Sequence record: DRR378314_1931
Direction: 5' to 3' (one strand)
Length of the DNA stretch: 20,000 bases
The notes beneath the pieces are model-generated. The model was not told the origin of the DNA, made no database searches, and saw only the letters and a program-made list of their open reading frames with translations. How positions within the stretch are numbered: position 1 is the stretch's first letter; every line of letters begins with the position of its first letter. Shown here piece by piece: positions 1 through 9,402 of the stretch. Made by a program: the position numbers and the translations under genes.

Positions 1-965
1 GCCTGCAGTAAGTCATGCATGTTCATTGCGCCACAAGGCTGTCCATCGTCGTTGGTAATTATCAGCCCATTTATTTTTCGGTCCTGCATGAGTTTTAATG
101 CCTCAGCGGCCAGCATGTCCTCGTTCGCAGTAATACAGGAGCGGGTCATAACTTCAGCTATCGGAGTTTTATGGACATCGATTCGGTTATCCAGAATGCG
201 ACGTAAGTCACCGTCTGTAAAAATGCCGGCGAGACGTTGGTTTTCATCAACTATCGCGGTCATACCCAAGCCTTTACGCGACATTTCCAGTAAGGCATCA
301 CTAATAATAGCGTCGGCTGGAATAACTGGAACACGCTCGCCAGTGTGCATCACGTCATGCAACCGCAATAGCAGGCGTTTACCCAGCGAACCGCCGGGGT
401 GTGATAGTGCAAAGTCGTCGGCGGTGAAGCCGCGAGCATTGAGCAGGGCAACCGCCATCGCATCGCCCATGACAAGAGTTGCTGTTGTAGAAGCCGTGGG
501 GGCTAACCCGAGCGGACAGGCCTCTTGTTCAACTGCGATACAAACATGAGTATCAGCCAGTCGGGCAAGAGTGGAGCCTGGTTTGCCAGTCATTGAAATT
601 AAGGGCACGCCCAGACGTTTAATGACCGGAATAATATTCAGCACTTCGGCCGTTTCGCCACTGTTAGATATCGCAATGACCACATCCTGAGCCGCAACCA
701 TGCCTAAATCTCCGTGGCTGGCTTCGCCCGGATGTACAAAAAACGCTGGTGTGCCGGTTGAGGCAAGTGTGGCAGCTATTTTCCCGCCAATATGACCGGA
801 TTTACCCATGCCGGTGACAATAACGCGGCCTTTGCAATTAAACAGAGTTTGGCAGGCGGCATCGAAATTATCATCCAAATATTGATACAGGCCTTCAATC
901 GCCTTCTTTTCGATATCCAGTACTTGTTCGCCCAGTAGCCGAAAGTTCTGGGTGACTTGTTTCAT
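1..965 (-). CDS. kdsD: Arabinose-5-phosphate isomerase (KpsF/GutQ family, SIS + CBS domains), 3'-truncated by window edge
   Basis: Manual minus-strand translation from ATG at 965 (GAGG 7 nt upstream; alternative ATG at 971): MKQVTQNFRLLGEQVLDIEK...GRVIVTGMGKSGHIGGKIAATLASTGTPAFFVHPGEASHGDLG...GAMNMHDLLQA, running off the window just short of the usual C-terminus. Missing from the ORF track because no stop lies inside the window. Confidence 0.95.
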   Translation of the reverse strand, partial: MKQVTQNFRLLGEQVLDIEKKAIEGLYQYLDDNFDAACQTLFNCKGRVIVTGMGKSGHIGGKIAATLASTGTPAFFVHPGEASHGDLGMVAAQDVVIAISNSGETAEVLNIIPVIKRLGVPLISMTGKPGSTLARLADTHVCIAVEQEACPLGLAPTASTTATLVMGDAMAVALLNARGFTADDFALSHPGGSLGKRLLLRLHDVMHTGERVPVIPADAIISDALLEMSRKGLGMTAIVDENQRLAGIFTDGDLRRILDNRIDVHKTPIAEVMTRSCITANEDMLAAEALKLMQDRKINGLIITNDDGQPCGAMNMHDLLQ

Positions 966-1045
966 GGTCATGCCTCTGGCGTTGTACTTTTGCCCTGTAT
1001 AATACGTCATTCGGTACAACTCTGCCTACCGTACACAGGTAAATC

Positions 1046-1074
1046 TTGTATTTTATTACAAAAATAATTACTAT
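1046..1074 (+). promoter_or_regulatory. sigma70 promoter for the tetR gene
   Basis: TTGTAT (1046-1051), 17 nt spacer, TACTAT (1069-1074); 47 nt upstream of the ATG at 1122. Confidence 0.65.
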
Positions 1075-1093
1075 ACCAACCAGACGGTTGATA
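1074..1093. promoter_or_regulatory. Putative TetR operator (imperfect palindrome) over the predicted transcription start
   Basis: TACCAACC-AGAC-GGTTGATA: 8-bp arms with one mismatch, abutting the -10 element, which is typical TetR autorepression geometry. Confidence 0.6.
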
Positions 1094-1121
1094 AAGTAAG
1101 TGTAGGTAAAGTGAATACACC

Positions 1122-1697
1122 ATGGTAGAGAAAAAAGGCGCAGGGCGACCCAGCAACAGAGACGTCATTCTGGATGCCGCAGATCAATTGGTCGCTGCCG
1201 AGGGTGCAGGGCACCTTACATTTGACGCCTTGAGCCAGACAACGGGCATCAGCAAAGGTGGTTTGCTTTATCATTTCAAGAGCAAAGATTGTTTGCTGCA
1301 GGCTATGTTAAAACGCCGTGTCGAACGTTATGAAAAACTTCGTGAGCAATATCATCACCAGTTTGCCGATGACCCAAAAGGCGAATTAAAAAGTATTTTA
1401 CTAGCAGCGCTTGATACGGACGCTGAATGTTCTCGGCTAGGCAGTGGAATGCTGGCTGCCGCTGCGACTAACCCGGAGTTGTTGGGCCCTTTAAAAGAGC
1501 ATATAGCACTGACTTTACAGCGGTTGGAACGTATCGCCGGAAGCAAAGTTGGGAAAACTCTGTTTTACGCGGTTCATGGTGCGCGTTTGTTCGAGCAACT
1601 CAACTTGTGTGACGCTTGCGTGCATGAACGTGAAGATTTTGCACAATATTTACTGAAGCTTGTCGATGAATTGACAGAAATAGAATCAATTCGCTGA
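1122..1697 (+). CDS. TetR/AcrR family transcriptional regulator
   Basis: N-terminal HTH RDVILDAADQLVAAEGAGHLTFDALSQTTGISKGGLLYHFKSKD; 191 aa; helical C-terminal domain with CDAC. Confidence 0.93.
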   Translation: MVEKKGAGRPSNRDVILDAADQLVAAEGAGHLTFDALSQTTGISKGGLLYHFKSKDCLLQAMLKRRVERYEKLREQYHHQFADDPKGELKSILLAALDTDAECSRLGSGMLAAAATNPELLGPLKEHIALTLQRLERIAGSKVGKTLFYAVHGARLFEQLNLCDACVHEREDFAQYLLKLVDELTEIESIR

Positions 1698-1736
1698 TAA
1701 AATTTGCAACACTTTTTCGGTATCAGACTATACCGA
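1695..1736 (+). promoter_or_regulatory. Possible extended -10 promoter for mlaF followed by a perfect 7-bp inverted repeat
   Basis: TGaTAAAAT at 1695-1703; TCGGTAT-CAGACT-ATACCGA at 1717-1736 with no U-tract after it on either strand. Confidence 0.4.
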
Positions 1737-1781
1737 CAGTCGTTAAAATAAAGGCTGATAAACTCGTAACAGGAAACTGTC

Positions 1782-2582
1782 GTGACAAACTTGGTAGAAC
1801 TTAAAGATCTGACTTTTGCGCATGGAAGCCATCGGGTCTATGACGGCCTGTCGTTAGATGTTCCGAAAGGCAAAATGGTTGCTGTCATGGGGCCTAGTGG
1901 CATTGGTAAAACGACGCTGTTGCGCCTTATCGGTGGACAGCTTAAGCCTGACAGCGGCAGTATCAAAGTAGCCGGAGAGGAAGTCCCTCAGTTAAAACGC
2001 GACGCTTTGTATCAATTACGCAAGCGCATGAGCATGCTGTTTCAAAGTGGTGCGTTGTTCACCGACATGTCGGTATACGAGAACGTCGCCTTTCCACTGC
2101 GCGAGCATACCGATTTACCCGAAGAAATTATTCGCAGCGTGGTTTTAATGAAGCTTGAGGCCGTGGGTCTGCGTGGTGCGCGTCACCTTATGCCGTCAGA
2201 ACTGTCGGGTGGCATGGCTCGTAGAGCTGCTCTGGCAAGGGCTATAGCTCTGGATCCTGAATTGATTTTATACGATGAGCCGTTTGCGGGTCAGGATCCT
2301 ATTTCTATGGCGGTCATTGTAAAGCTTATTAAATCTTTGAATGAGTCACTAGGTTTGACCTCTATTGTTGTATCGCACGACGTAAAAGAAGTGTTATCGA
2401 TTGCGGATTATGCTTATGTCATCGCCGACAAAAAAGTTGTTGGTCAGGGCACCCCGGATGAACTCCGCAATAACGATACCGCAATTATTCAACAGTTTTT
2501 GAATGGTGCGCCAGATGGTCCGGTAGCATTTCACTACTCAGATGACGATTTTACAACGGACTTATTAAGGGGCGAAGGATGA
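1782..2582 (+). CDS. mlaF: Phospholipid ABC transporter ATPase MlaF
   Basis: GTG start with AGGA RBS; Walker A GPSGIGKT, signature LSGGM, Walker B ILYDEP, SHD switch; first gene of the mla cluster. Confidence 0.96.
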   Translation: MTNLVELKDLTFAHGSHRVYDGLSLDVPKGKMVAVMGPSGIGKTTLLRLIGGQLKPDSGSIKVAGEEVPQLKRDALYQLRKRMSMLFQSGALFTDMSVYENVAFPLREHTDLPEEIIRSVVLMKLEAVGLRGARHLMPSELSGGMARRAALARAIALDPELILYDEPFAGQDPISMAVIVKLIKSLNESLGLTSIVVSHDVKEVLSIADYAYVIADKKVVGQGTPDELRNNDTAIIQQFLNGAPDGPVAFHYSDDDFTTDLLRGEG

Positions 2583-3358
2583 TCCAGTTTATACAGTCTG
2601 TCGGTCGCCGAGTGCTGGATAGCCTGGCGGGTATCGGATACGCCTTAGCTATGCTGATGGGAGCTATTATCGGTAAGCCGCAACCCGCTAAGTCATGGCC
2701 GCTCTTTATCAAGCAAATGTACGTAGTGGGCGTATTGTCGATGCTCATCGTTATCGTCAGTGGCTTATTCATTGGTATGGTGCTTGGCTTACAGGGCTAC
2801 ACTATTTTAGTTGACTATGGTGCTGAGCAAAGTCTGGGACCTATGGTTGCGCTGTCGTTATTACGTGAGTTGGGGCCTGTCGTTACCGGTCTGTTATTTG
2901 CGGGGCGAGCCGGTTCTGCATTAACTGCTGAAATCGGTCTTATGAAAGCCACCGAGCAACTCTCCAGTCTGGAGATGATGGCGGTTGATCCTTTACGCCG
3001 TGTGATTGCTCCCAGGTTCTGGGCTGGTGTGGTTAGTATGCCACTGCTGGCGTTGATGTTCTCAGCCGTTGGAATTTACGGCGGTTACCTGGTTGGCTCC
3101 GGCTGGCTGGGGGTTGATGAAGGCGCTTTTTGGTCAGTCATGCAATCGGCAGTCGATTGGCAGGATGATCTTCTGAACGGCATTATTAAGTCTATTGTAT
3201 TTGCCTTTGTTGTTACCTGGATAGCTTTGTATAAAGGTTATCGTTCGGTTCCAACCTCTGCGGGAATCAGTGCTGCGACAACGTCAACAGTTGTGACTGC
3301 GTCGTTGGCAATTCTAGGACTCGATTTTATTCTTACAGCTATCATGTTTGGTGGATAA
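2579..3358 (+). CDS. mlaE: Phospholipid ABC transporter permease MlaE
   Basis: [45 protein letters not shown] motif; ATGA overlap with mlaF. Confidence 0.97.
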   Translation: MIQFIQSVGRRVLDSLAGIGYALAMLMGAIIGKPQPAKSWPLFIKQMYVVGVLSMLIVIVSGLFIGMVLGLQGYTILVDYGAEQSLGPMVALSLLRELGPVVTGLLFAGRAGSALTAEIGLMKATEQLSSLEMMAVDPLRRVIAPRFWAGVVSMPLLALMFSAVGIYGGYLVGSGWLGVDEGAFWSVMQSAVDWQDDLLNGIIKSIVFAFVVTWIALYKGYRSVPTSAGISAATTSTVVTASLAILGLDFILTAIMFGG

Positions 3359-3360
3359 CC

Positions 3361-3828
3361 ATGGAATCAAGAAAAACACAGTTATGGGTAGGCGTTTTTG
3401 TTGTCGTCGGTATTTTGGCTTTGTTCTTTATCGCATTAAGGGCAGCCAGCGGCACTATGACAACATCGGGAGATAGCTACACCCTGTACGCTAAGTTCGA
3501 TAATGTTGGTAGTCTGAAAGTCCGCTCGCCGGTGAAAGTCGGTGGTGTGGTTGTGGGTCGTGTTACTGATATTTCATTGTCGGGTGACTACTATGAGCCG
3601 CGTGTGACAATGAGCATTAGCAAAGATTACGACAAGTTTTCTGAAGCCAGTACATTGTCGGTGTTGACGTCGGGACTCCTGGGTGAGCAATATCTTGGAC
3701 TTGAACCCGGCTTTATTGATGACAGCGTAGGTACGTTAGAAGACGGTGATACCATTACTGATACCAAGTCAGCATTGGTTTTAGAAAACCTGATAGGCCA
3801 GTTTCTGTTCAGTCAGGGCAATGAATAA
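3361..3828 (+). CDS. mlaD: MCE-domain protein MlaD
   Basis: N-terminal TM helix, FDNVGSLKVRSPVKVGGVVVGRV, TSGLLGEQY, LENLIGQFL. Confidence 0.96.
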   Translation: MESRKTQLWVGVFVVVGILALFFIALRAASGTMTTSGDSYTLYAKFDNVGSLKVRSPVKVGGVVVGRVTDISLSGDYYEPRVTMSISKDYDKFSEASTLSVLTSGLLGEQYLGLEPGFIDDSVGTLEDGDTITDTKSALVLENLIGQFLFSQGNE

Positions 3829-3845
3829 GTGGTAAGGAGAGCACC

Positions 3846-4517
3846 ATGGCAGTAAAACAATGGATAACGGCCGTTTTTGTAACCTTAGTACTGGTTGCAT
3901 CCGCGTCAGCCGATTTAATTCGTAACGATGATCCGCAAGAGTTATTGAAAGCAGTTGCTGAAAAAACCTTTGATCGCATTGCATCGGACAGAAACAAAAT
4001 TGACGCAGATCCTAATTATCTAAAGGAAGTCGTTGAAGATGAGATGATGCCTTATGTTGACAATATGTATGCGTCGAAGAAAGTATTAGGCCGTTACTTG
4101 CGCGACACGACAAAAGAACAGCGTGAACGTTTTTACCAGGCTTTCTACGATTACTTAGTGGCGACGTATGCCCGTGCTTTTACTCAGTATGACGAGGACA
4201 AGCATAAGGTCACTTTTGAACCTAGTCAGGAAATTTCTGATGATGCACGTTCGGCCGTCGTGAAGGCGCGAATAAAAGAAGAAGGGCGCCCGGAAATTCG
4301 TCTGGATTTTCGTATACGTTACGACTCTGATGAAGAAATTTGGAAAGCCTACGATTTAGTTGTTGAAGGTGTCAGTCTGCTGAACAGTAAGCAAAGTGAA
4401 ATTTCTTCGGTTATCCGGGCTAATGGCATTGATAAAACCATCGAGCTGATTGAAAAGAAAGCTTCCGAGCCGATTAAGGCAGATGACGAAGTAGAAAGCC
4501 CGGCAGAGGGACTCTAA
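3846..4517 (+). CDS. mlaC: Periplasmic phospholipid shuttle MlaC
   Basis: Signal peptide (ASA/D), WKAYDLVVEGVSLL motif, TAAGGAG RBS, position after mlaD. Confidence 0.95.
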   Translation: MAVKQWITAVFVTLVLVASASADLIRNDDPQELLKAVAEKTFDRIASDRNKIDADPNYLKEVVEDEMMPYVDNMYASKKVLGRYLRDTTKEQRERFYQAFYDYLVATYARAFTQYDEDKHKVTFEPSQEISDDARSAVVKARIKEEGRPEIRLDFRIRYDSDEEIWKAYDLVVEGVSLLNSKQSEISSVIRANGIDKTIELIEKKASEPIKADDEVESPAEGL

Positions 4518-4810
4518 TGTTAGCATCGGTGAAGGTTAGCGATGATAAGACACTGGTTTTTAGCGGTTCATTGACTCGTCACAGTGTTGCTAAACTGTGG
4601 TCACAGCGCAAAAGCTGGTCGGTGGGAAGCGAAACCCGGGTTGATTTAACCGATGTAGAGGTTATCGATACTGCCGGGGTGGCTTTTTTGCTTGAAATAT
4701 TGAAATTGGTTGGCGATGGGAAAGGTCCGTTAACCTGTATCGGAGCATCTGAACAGCTGAAACAAATTGCCCGCGTTAGTGGCGTTGAGTCGCTGCTTTC
4801 GTTAAGCTAG
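4517..4810 (+). CDS. mlaB: STAS-domain protein MlaB
   Basis: 97 aa, VDLTDVEVIDTAGVAFLL STAS motif; TAATG overlap with mlaC. Confidence 0.92.
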   Translation: MLASVKVSDDKTLVFSGSLTRHSVAKLWSQRKSWSVGSETRVDLTDVEVIDTAGVAFLLEILKLVGDGKGPLTCIGASEQLKQIARVSGVESLLSLS

Positions 4811-4847
4811 GCGGTCTTATTAACTTTTAAGCCAACGGCAGATAACA

Positions 4848-5102
4848 ATGAATACTGAAGAACTGAAAACTTTGCTGAACGATGCGCTTTCTCTGGAAGA
4901 GCTTCTGGTTAAAGCTGAAGGCGCGAATGTAGAAATTATTGCTGTCAGCGAAGACTTTAAAGATATGAGTCGGGTAAAGCGTCAGCAAGCCGTGTATGGT
5001 CCTCTAAACCCGTTGATTGCCGACGGTTCAATCCATGCCGTATCGATAAAAGCTTACACGCCGGAAGACTGGGCGCGTGATAAAAAATTAATGATGCCAT
5101 AA
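4848..5102 (+). CDS. ibaG: BolA family protein IbaG
   Basis: 84 aa, FKDMSRVKRQQAVY...IHAVSIKAYTPEDW; conserved position between mlaB and murA. Confidence 0.93.
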   Translation: MNTEELKTLLNDALSLEELLVKAEGANVEIIAVSEDFKDMSRVKRQQAVYGPLNPLIADGSIHAVSIKAYTPEDWARDKKLMMP

Positions 5103-5115
5103 GGTTGTTGGTTAG

Positions 5116-6384
<1,269 letters not shown>

Positions 6385-6387
<3 letters not shown>

Positions 6388-7434
6388 TCTGGGTAATTCG
6401 GCCACTGTTACGGTGGTCGTCATTCGCTTTTCATTACGGTAAAATTCCACTTCTAATTTAGTGCCGGGCTCACTACCTGCAACCCGGTCAAGCCCTTCCG
6501 GCGCAGAGCGAACAGGGTCACCACCAATAGCCACCAGAAAATCGTTCGGTTGTAATCCTGCTTTTGCTGCCGGACTATTCCGTTCAACTCCGGTTATTAA
6601 TATGCCTGACAGTGATTGTTCTTCACTAAAGTTTGGATTAACGCTAATACCAATGTATCCGCGTACCACTTTCCCTTCCTGAATAAGGGTTTTCATTACT
6701 TTGCGTGCATTTTCATAGGGTACGGCAAAATAAATGCCTTCGCCGCCATCTCCAAAAGCCGAATTATAGCGGGCATTATTGATGCCGATAAGTTCTCCGG
6801 CGGTATTAACCAAAGCTCCGCCTGAGGCACCCTGGTTGATCACTGCGTCCATTTGAATCAAATCGGAATAGGAATTGCTGACACCAACCCGACCGCCGCT
6901 GGCACTGACAATACCTTGCGTAATTGTCTGGCCAATATTGTATGGATTACCTATGGCGAGGACAATGTCACCAACCCGTACGCGGCGTGTTGACTGTACA
7001 GGAATTACCGGTAGGTTCTCTGCATCAATTTTCAGCACAGCTAAATCGGTGTAACGGTCACTACCAATTAACTGAGCGGCATAGCGTCTGCCGTCCTGCA
7101 GCGCGACTTCAATTTTATCAACATTATCGACAACGTGATGGGCGGTCAGAATATATCCCTGAGAGTCCATAATAACGCCTGAACCTAAACGCCAGACACG
7201 TGATGATTGAGGTTGATAATAAGACCCCTGAATTTCCCCCATACTATAAATATTCACAACGGCGGGGGCGGCTTTTCGGACGGCCTGATTAAAGGAGGTA
7301 ATTTCGTTGCCGTTTTGTCTTAATGATTCGGACTGTGCCCAGAAAGGTTTAGCGATAATAACAATAGCCGCAACAACTAGGCCTAAGCCAACTGACTGAA
7401 GTAAAAATCGTAAAGTTGAAGAAAGTTGTTGCAT
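6385..7434 (-). CDS. degS: Membrane-anchored HtrA serine protease DegS (one PDZ)
   Basis: N-terminal TM anchor, AVRKAAPAVVNIY, LGSGVI, triad motifs TAHHV / TDLAV / GASGG, single PDZ (RGYIGI); follows degQ. Confidence 0.93.
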
Positions 7435-7452
7435 ACCAGCTTCCGGTTAAAT

Positions 7453-7485
7453 CAGGTGGTATCAGCATAGCACTGATACCACCTG
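7453..7485. repeat. Perfect 13-bp inverted repeat between degQ and degS (degQ terminator-like stem and/or operator) containing a putative degS -10
   Basis: CAGGTGGTATCAG-CATAGCA-CTGATACCACCTG. The minus strand reads GTGACA (7493-7488), 18 nt, TATGCT (7469-7464) with an extended TG. Confidence 0.75.
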
Positions 7486-7497
7486 CCTGTCACAATG

Positions 7498-8853
7498 TCA
7501 GTTTGCGTTACGCAACACAATAAAGAGTGAACTGTCGCCTCGTTTTATATTAAGGGCTATAACACCGCTCTTATCTTCAATTGCTGCCCGCAACTCCGAT
7601 ATTGAGCTCACTGCCTTTCTGTTAACGCCCTGAATAATATCGCCTTCCTCTAGGCCAATTCGCGCAGCAGGAGAACGCTCTTCAAGCTCTTCTACTTCAA
7701 TTCCATTTCCATCCGTTGCAGCAAGAGTAGCGCCCTGTAAAGCCGGGTGAATTGACTCAGCTGTAACAGACATGTCCTGTGCACCAAGGGTGACGTTAAT
7801 CGATTGCTCTTCACCGTCGCGAATCACCCCAAGCTTTAATGAGTTCCCTGAGCCTATAGAGCCGACCATTGCACCAAGCTCCGAAAATGAGCGGATTGTC
7901 TGCCCATCGACTGAGATAATGACATCGCCCGATTCAATACCAGCTTCATCTGCTGAACTACCCGGTACGACCTGTGAAACAAAAGCCCCCCGGTTGACCG
8001 GAATATTCAATGCCTGAGCAACGTCGTGAGTTAAATCGTTACCCCGGACTCCCAGTACACCGCGGCGAACTTCGCCAAATTCAATCAATTGTTGTACTAA
8101 GTTATTCATCATGTCCGATGGAATAGCGAAACCGATACCGATATTGCCACCGTTAGGGCCGAGTATCGCGGTGTTAATTCCAATGAGTTTGCCGTCTAAA
8201 GTGACCAGAGCACCGCCCGAATTACCGCTGTTAATAGCGGCATCGGTCTGGATGAAGTTTTCCAGTTCCTCAATGCCAAGACCTGCTCGACCTAGAGCGC
8301 TAACGATACCGGAAGTTACTGTCTGGCCAAGCCCGAAAGGGTTACCAATAGCGACCACGAAATCACCGACTCGCAGCTCGGATGACTTGCCAAGCTCTAT
8401 GGCGGTGAGGTTTTCGCCGTTCTCTATTTTTAGCAAAGCCACGTCGCTGCGTTCATCAGTGCCTATAACTTTAGCATCAAACTCACGGCCATTTTTTAGG
8501 GTGACGAGAATTTCTGTAGCGTCGTCTACAACATGGTTATTGGTTACTACATAGCCTTCTTCAGCATCAATAATCACGCCGGAACCTAAGCCTCTAAACG
8601 GGCGCTCACGGACTTGTTCACGTGGCGAATCCGGGCCAAAAAAGAAACGAAGCGCTTCCGGCAGGCGTTGTCGTACTTCTCGCTTACCTTTTACTGAGAT
8701 ATTGACGACGGCGGGTGTTACCTCCTCAAGCATCGGCGCTAAGGTCGGCTGTTCGTCGTCATTGCCAAAAAAAGGAATGCCAGCATGGGCAGAAGGTATA
8801 GAGGTGAAGCTAACAACACAGATTAAACTGAATAATGCTAAGACTCTTTTCAT
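7498..8853 (-). CDS. degQ: Periplasmic HtrA protease/chaperone DegQ (two PDZ)
   Basis: Signal peptide (AHA/G), TNNHVV, SDVALL, GNSGG, two PDZ domains, short Cys-free LA loop, TAAGGAG RBS; located between yhcB and degS. Confidence 0.93.
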   Translation of the reverse strand: MKRVLALFSLICVVSFTSIPSAHAGIPFFGNDDEQPTLAPMLEEVTPAVVNISVKGKREVRQRLPEALRFFFGPDSPREQVRERPFRGLGSGVIIDAEEGYVVTNNHVVDDATEILVTLKNGREFDAKVIGTDERSDVALLKIENGENLTAIELGKSSELRVGDFVVAIGNPFGLGQTVTSGIVSALGRAGLGIEELENFIQTDAAINSGNSGGALVTLDGKLIGINTAILGPNGGNIGIGFAIPSDMMNNLVQQLIEFGEVRRGVLGVRGNDLTHDVAQALNIPVNRGAFVSQVVPGSSADEAGIESGDVIISVDGQTIRSFSELGAMVGSIGSGNSLKLGVIRDGEEQSINVTLGAQDMSVTAESIHPALQGATLAATDGNGIEVEELEERSPAARIGLEEGDIIQGVNRKAVSSISELRAAIEDKSGVIALNIKRGDSSLFIVLRNAN

Positions 8854-8898
8854 GATTCGAGTGACTCCTTAATAAAGCACTAACAAACGGTCGCCAGT

Positions 8899-8927
8899 TA
8901 AGACCGCTTGTCAGCTATATGAGTTCA
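8899..8927 (-). promoter_or_regulatory. sigmaE (RpoE)-type promoter for degQ
   Basis: Minus strand TGAACTC (8927-8921), 16 nt, GTCTTA (8904-8899); close to the GGAACTT-N16-GTCnnA consensus; 45 nt upstream of the ATG. Confidence 0.65.
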
Positions 8928-8940
8928 CTCTAAAAATGTT

Positions 8941-9402
8941 TCAAGATGTTTTTGATGACTCTTTTTCTTGATCTTGCTCGTAACTACTTGAAAAGAGCCC
9001 GCTGGAGCCCTCTGTGTAATCGCGGGGAATATCATTGGCGCTATAGCTGTCACGGCCTGAACGGTGATCTTTATTTAATGAATTGGCCACTCGCAGTTGC
9101 TTAATTGTGTCTTCTGCGAAAAAAGGCAGGTCACTTTGTACATCGCTTTTCTCAAGCAGCTCAGCACTTTGGTTTAAGTAGCTTTGTAAACGTTGCTGGG
9201 TATCTGCCAGTTGTTCGACCATAGCGTTTGCGGTGGCGAAGTGTTCGGCAACTTCTCTTTGGTAGTCGGTTAAACGCTGCTGACTTTGCTGTACTTGCTC
9301 TTCGAGATCGCCTGACTGGCCTTTCGACTGGCTGTAACGAGCCGCAAAAAAGCCAATGATAGCACCAGCAACGACCAACAGAACCCCAATAATCCAACTC
9401 AT
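8941..9402 (-). CDS. zapG: YhcB/ZapG (DUF1043) inner-membrane coiled-coil protein
   Basis: Start reassigned to ATG 9402 (AGGAG RBS at 9413-9409): N-terminal TM MSWIIGVLLVVAGAIIGFFAAR, coiled coil with YQREVAEHF, C-terminal PRDYTEGSSGL motif; 153 aa. Confidence 0.92.
   Translation of the reverse strand: MSWIIGVLLVVAGAIIGFFAARYSQSKGQSGDLEEQVQQSQQRLTDYQREVAEHFATANAMVEQLADTQQRLQSYLNQSAELLEKSDVQSDLPFFAEDTIKQLRVANSLNKDHRSGRDSYSANDIPRDYTEGSSGLFSSSYEQDQEKESSKTS

Noticed and set aside
19..549. 176-aa plus-strand ORF
   Set aside because: Antisense shadow of kdsD; Ser/Arg-rich with no recognisable motif.
981..1020. GTTGTAC...GTACAAC inverted repeat (26-nt spacer) and CTGTATAATACGTCAT resembling half a LexA box
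   Set aside because: Arms are short and widely spaced, and the LexA-like site lacks the required terminal CAG; not supportable.
1671..1703. Perfect TTGACA near the tetR 3' end as the -35 for mlaF
   Set aside because: Spacing to TAAAAT is 21 nt, too long; only the extended -10 was retained as a candidate.
1782..4810. Absence of mlaA from the mla cluster
   Set aside because: mlaA is normally unlinked from mlaFEDCB in many gammaproteobacteria, including E. coli.
8111..8554. 147-aa plus-strand ORF and the other 60-130 aa ORFs overlapping murA, degS, degQ, zapG, zapE, petA, petB, dolP, yraN and rsmI
   Set aside because: Antisense or alternate-frame shadows of well-conserved genes, with no recognisable domain.
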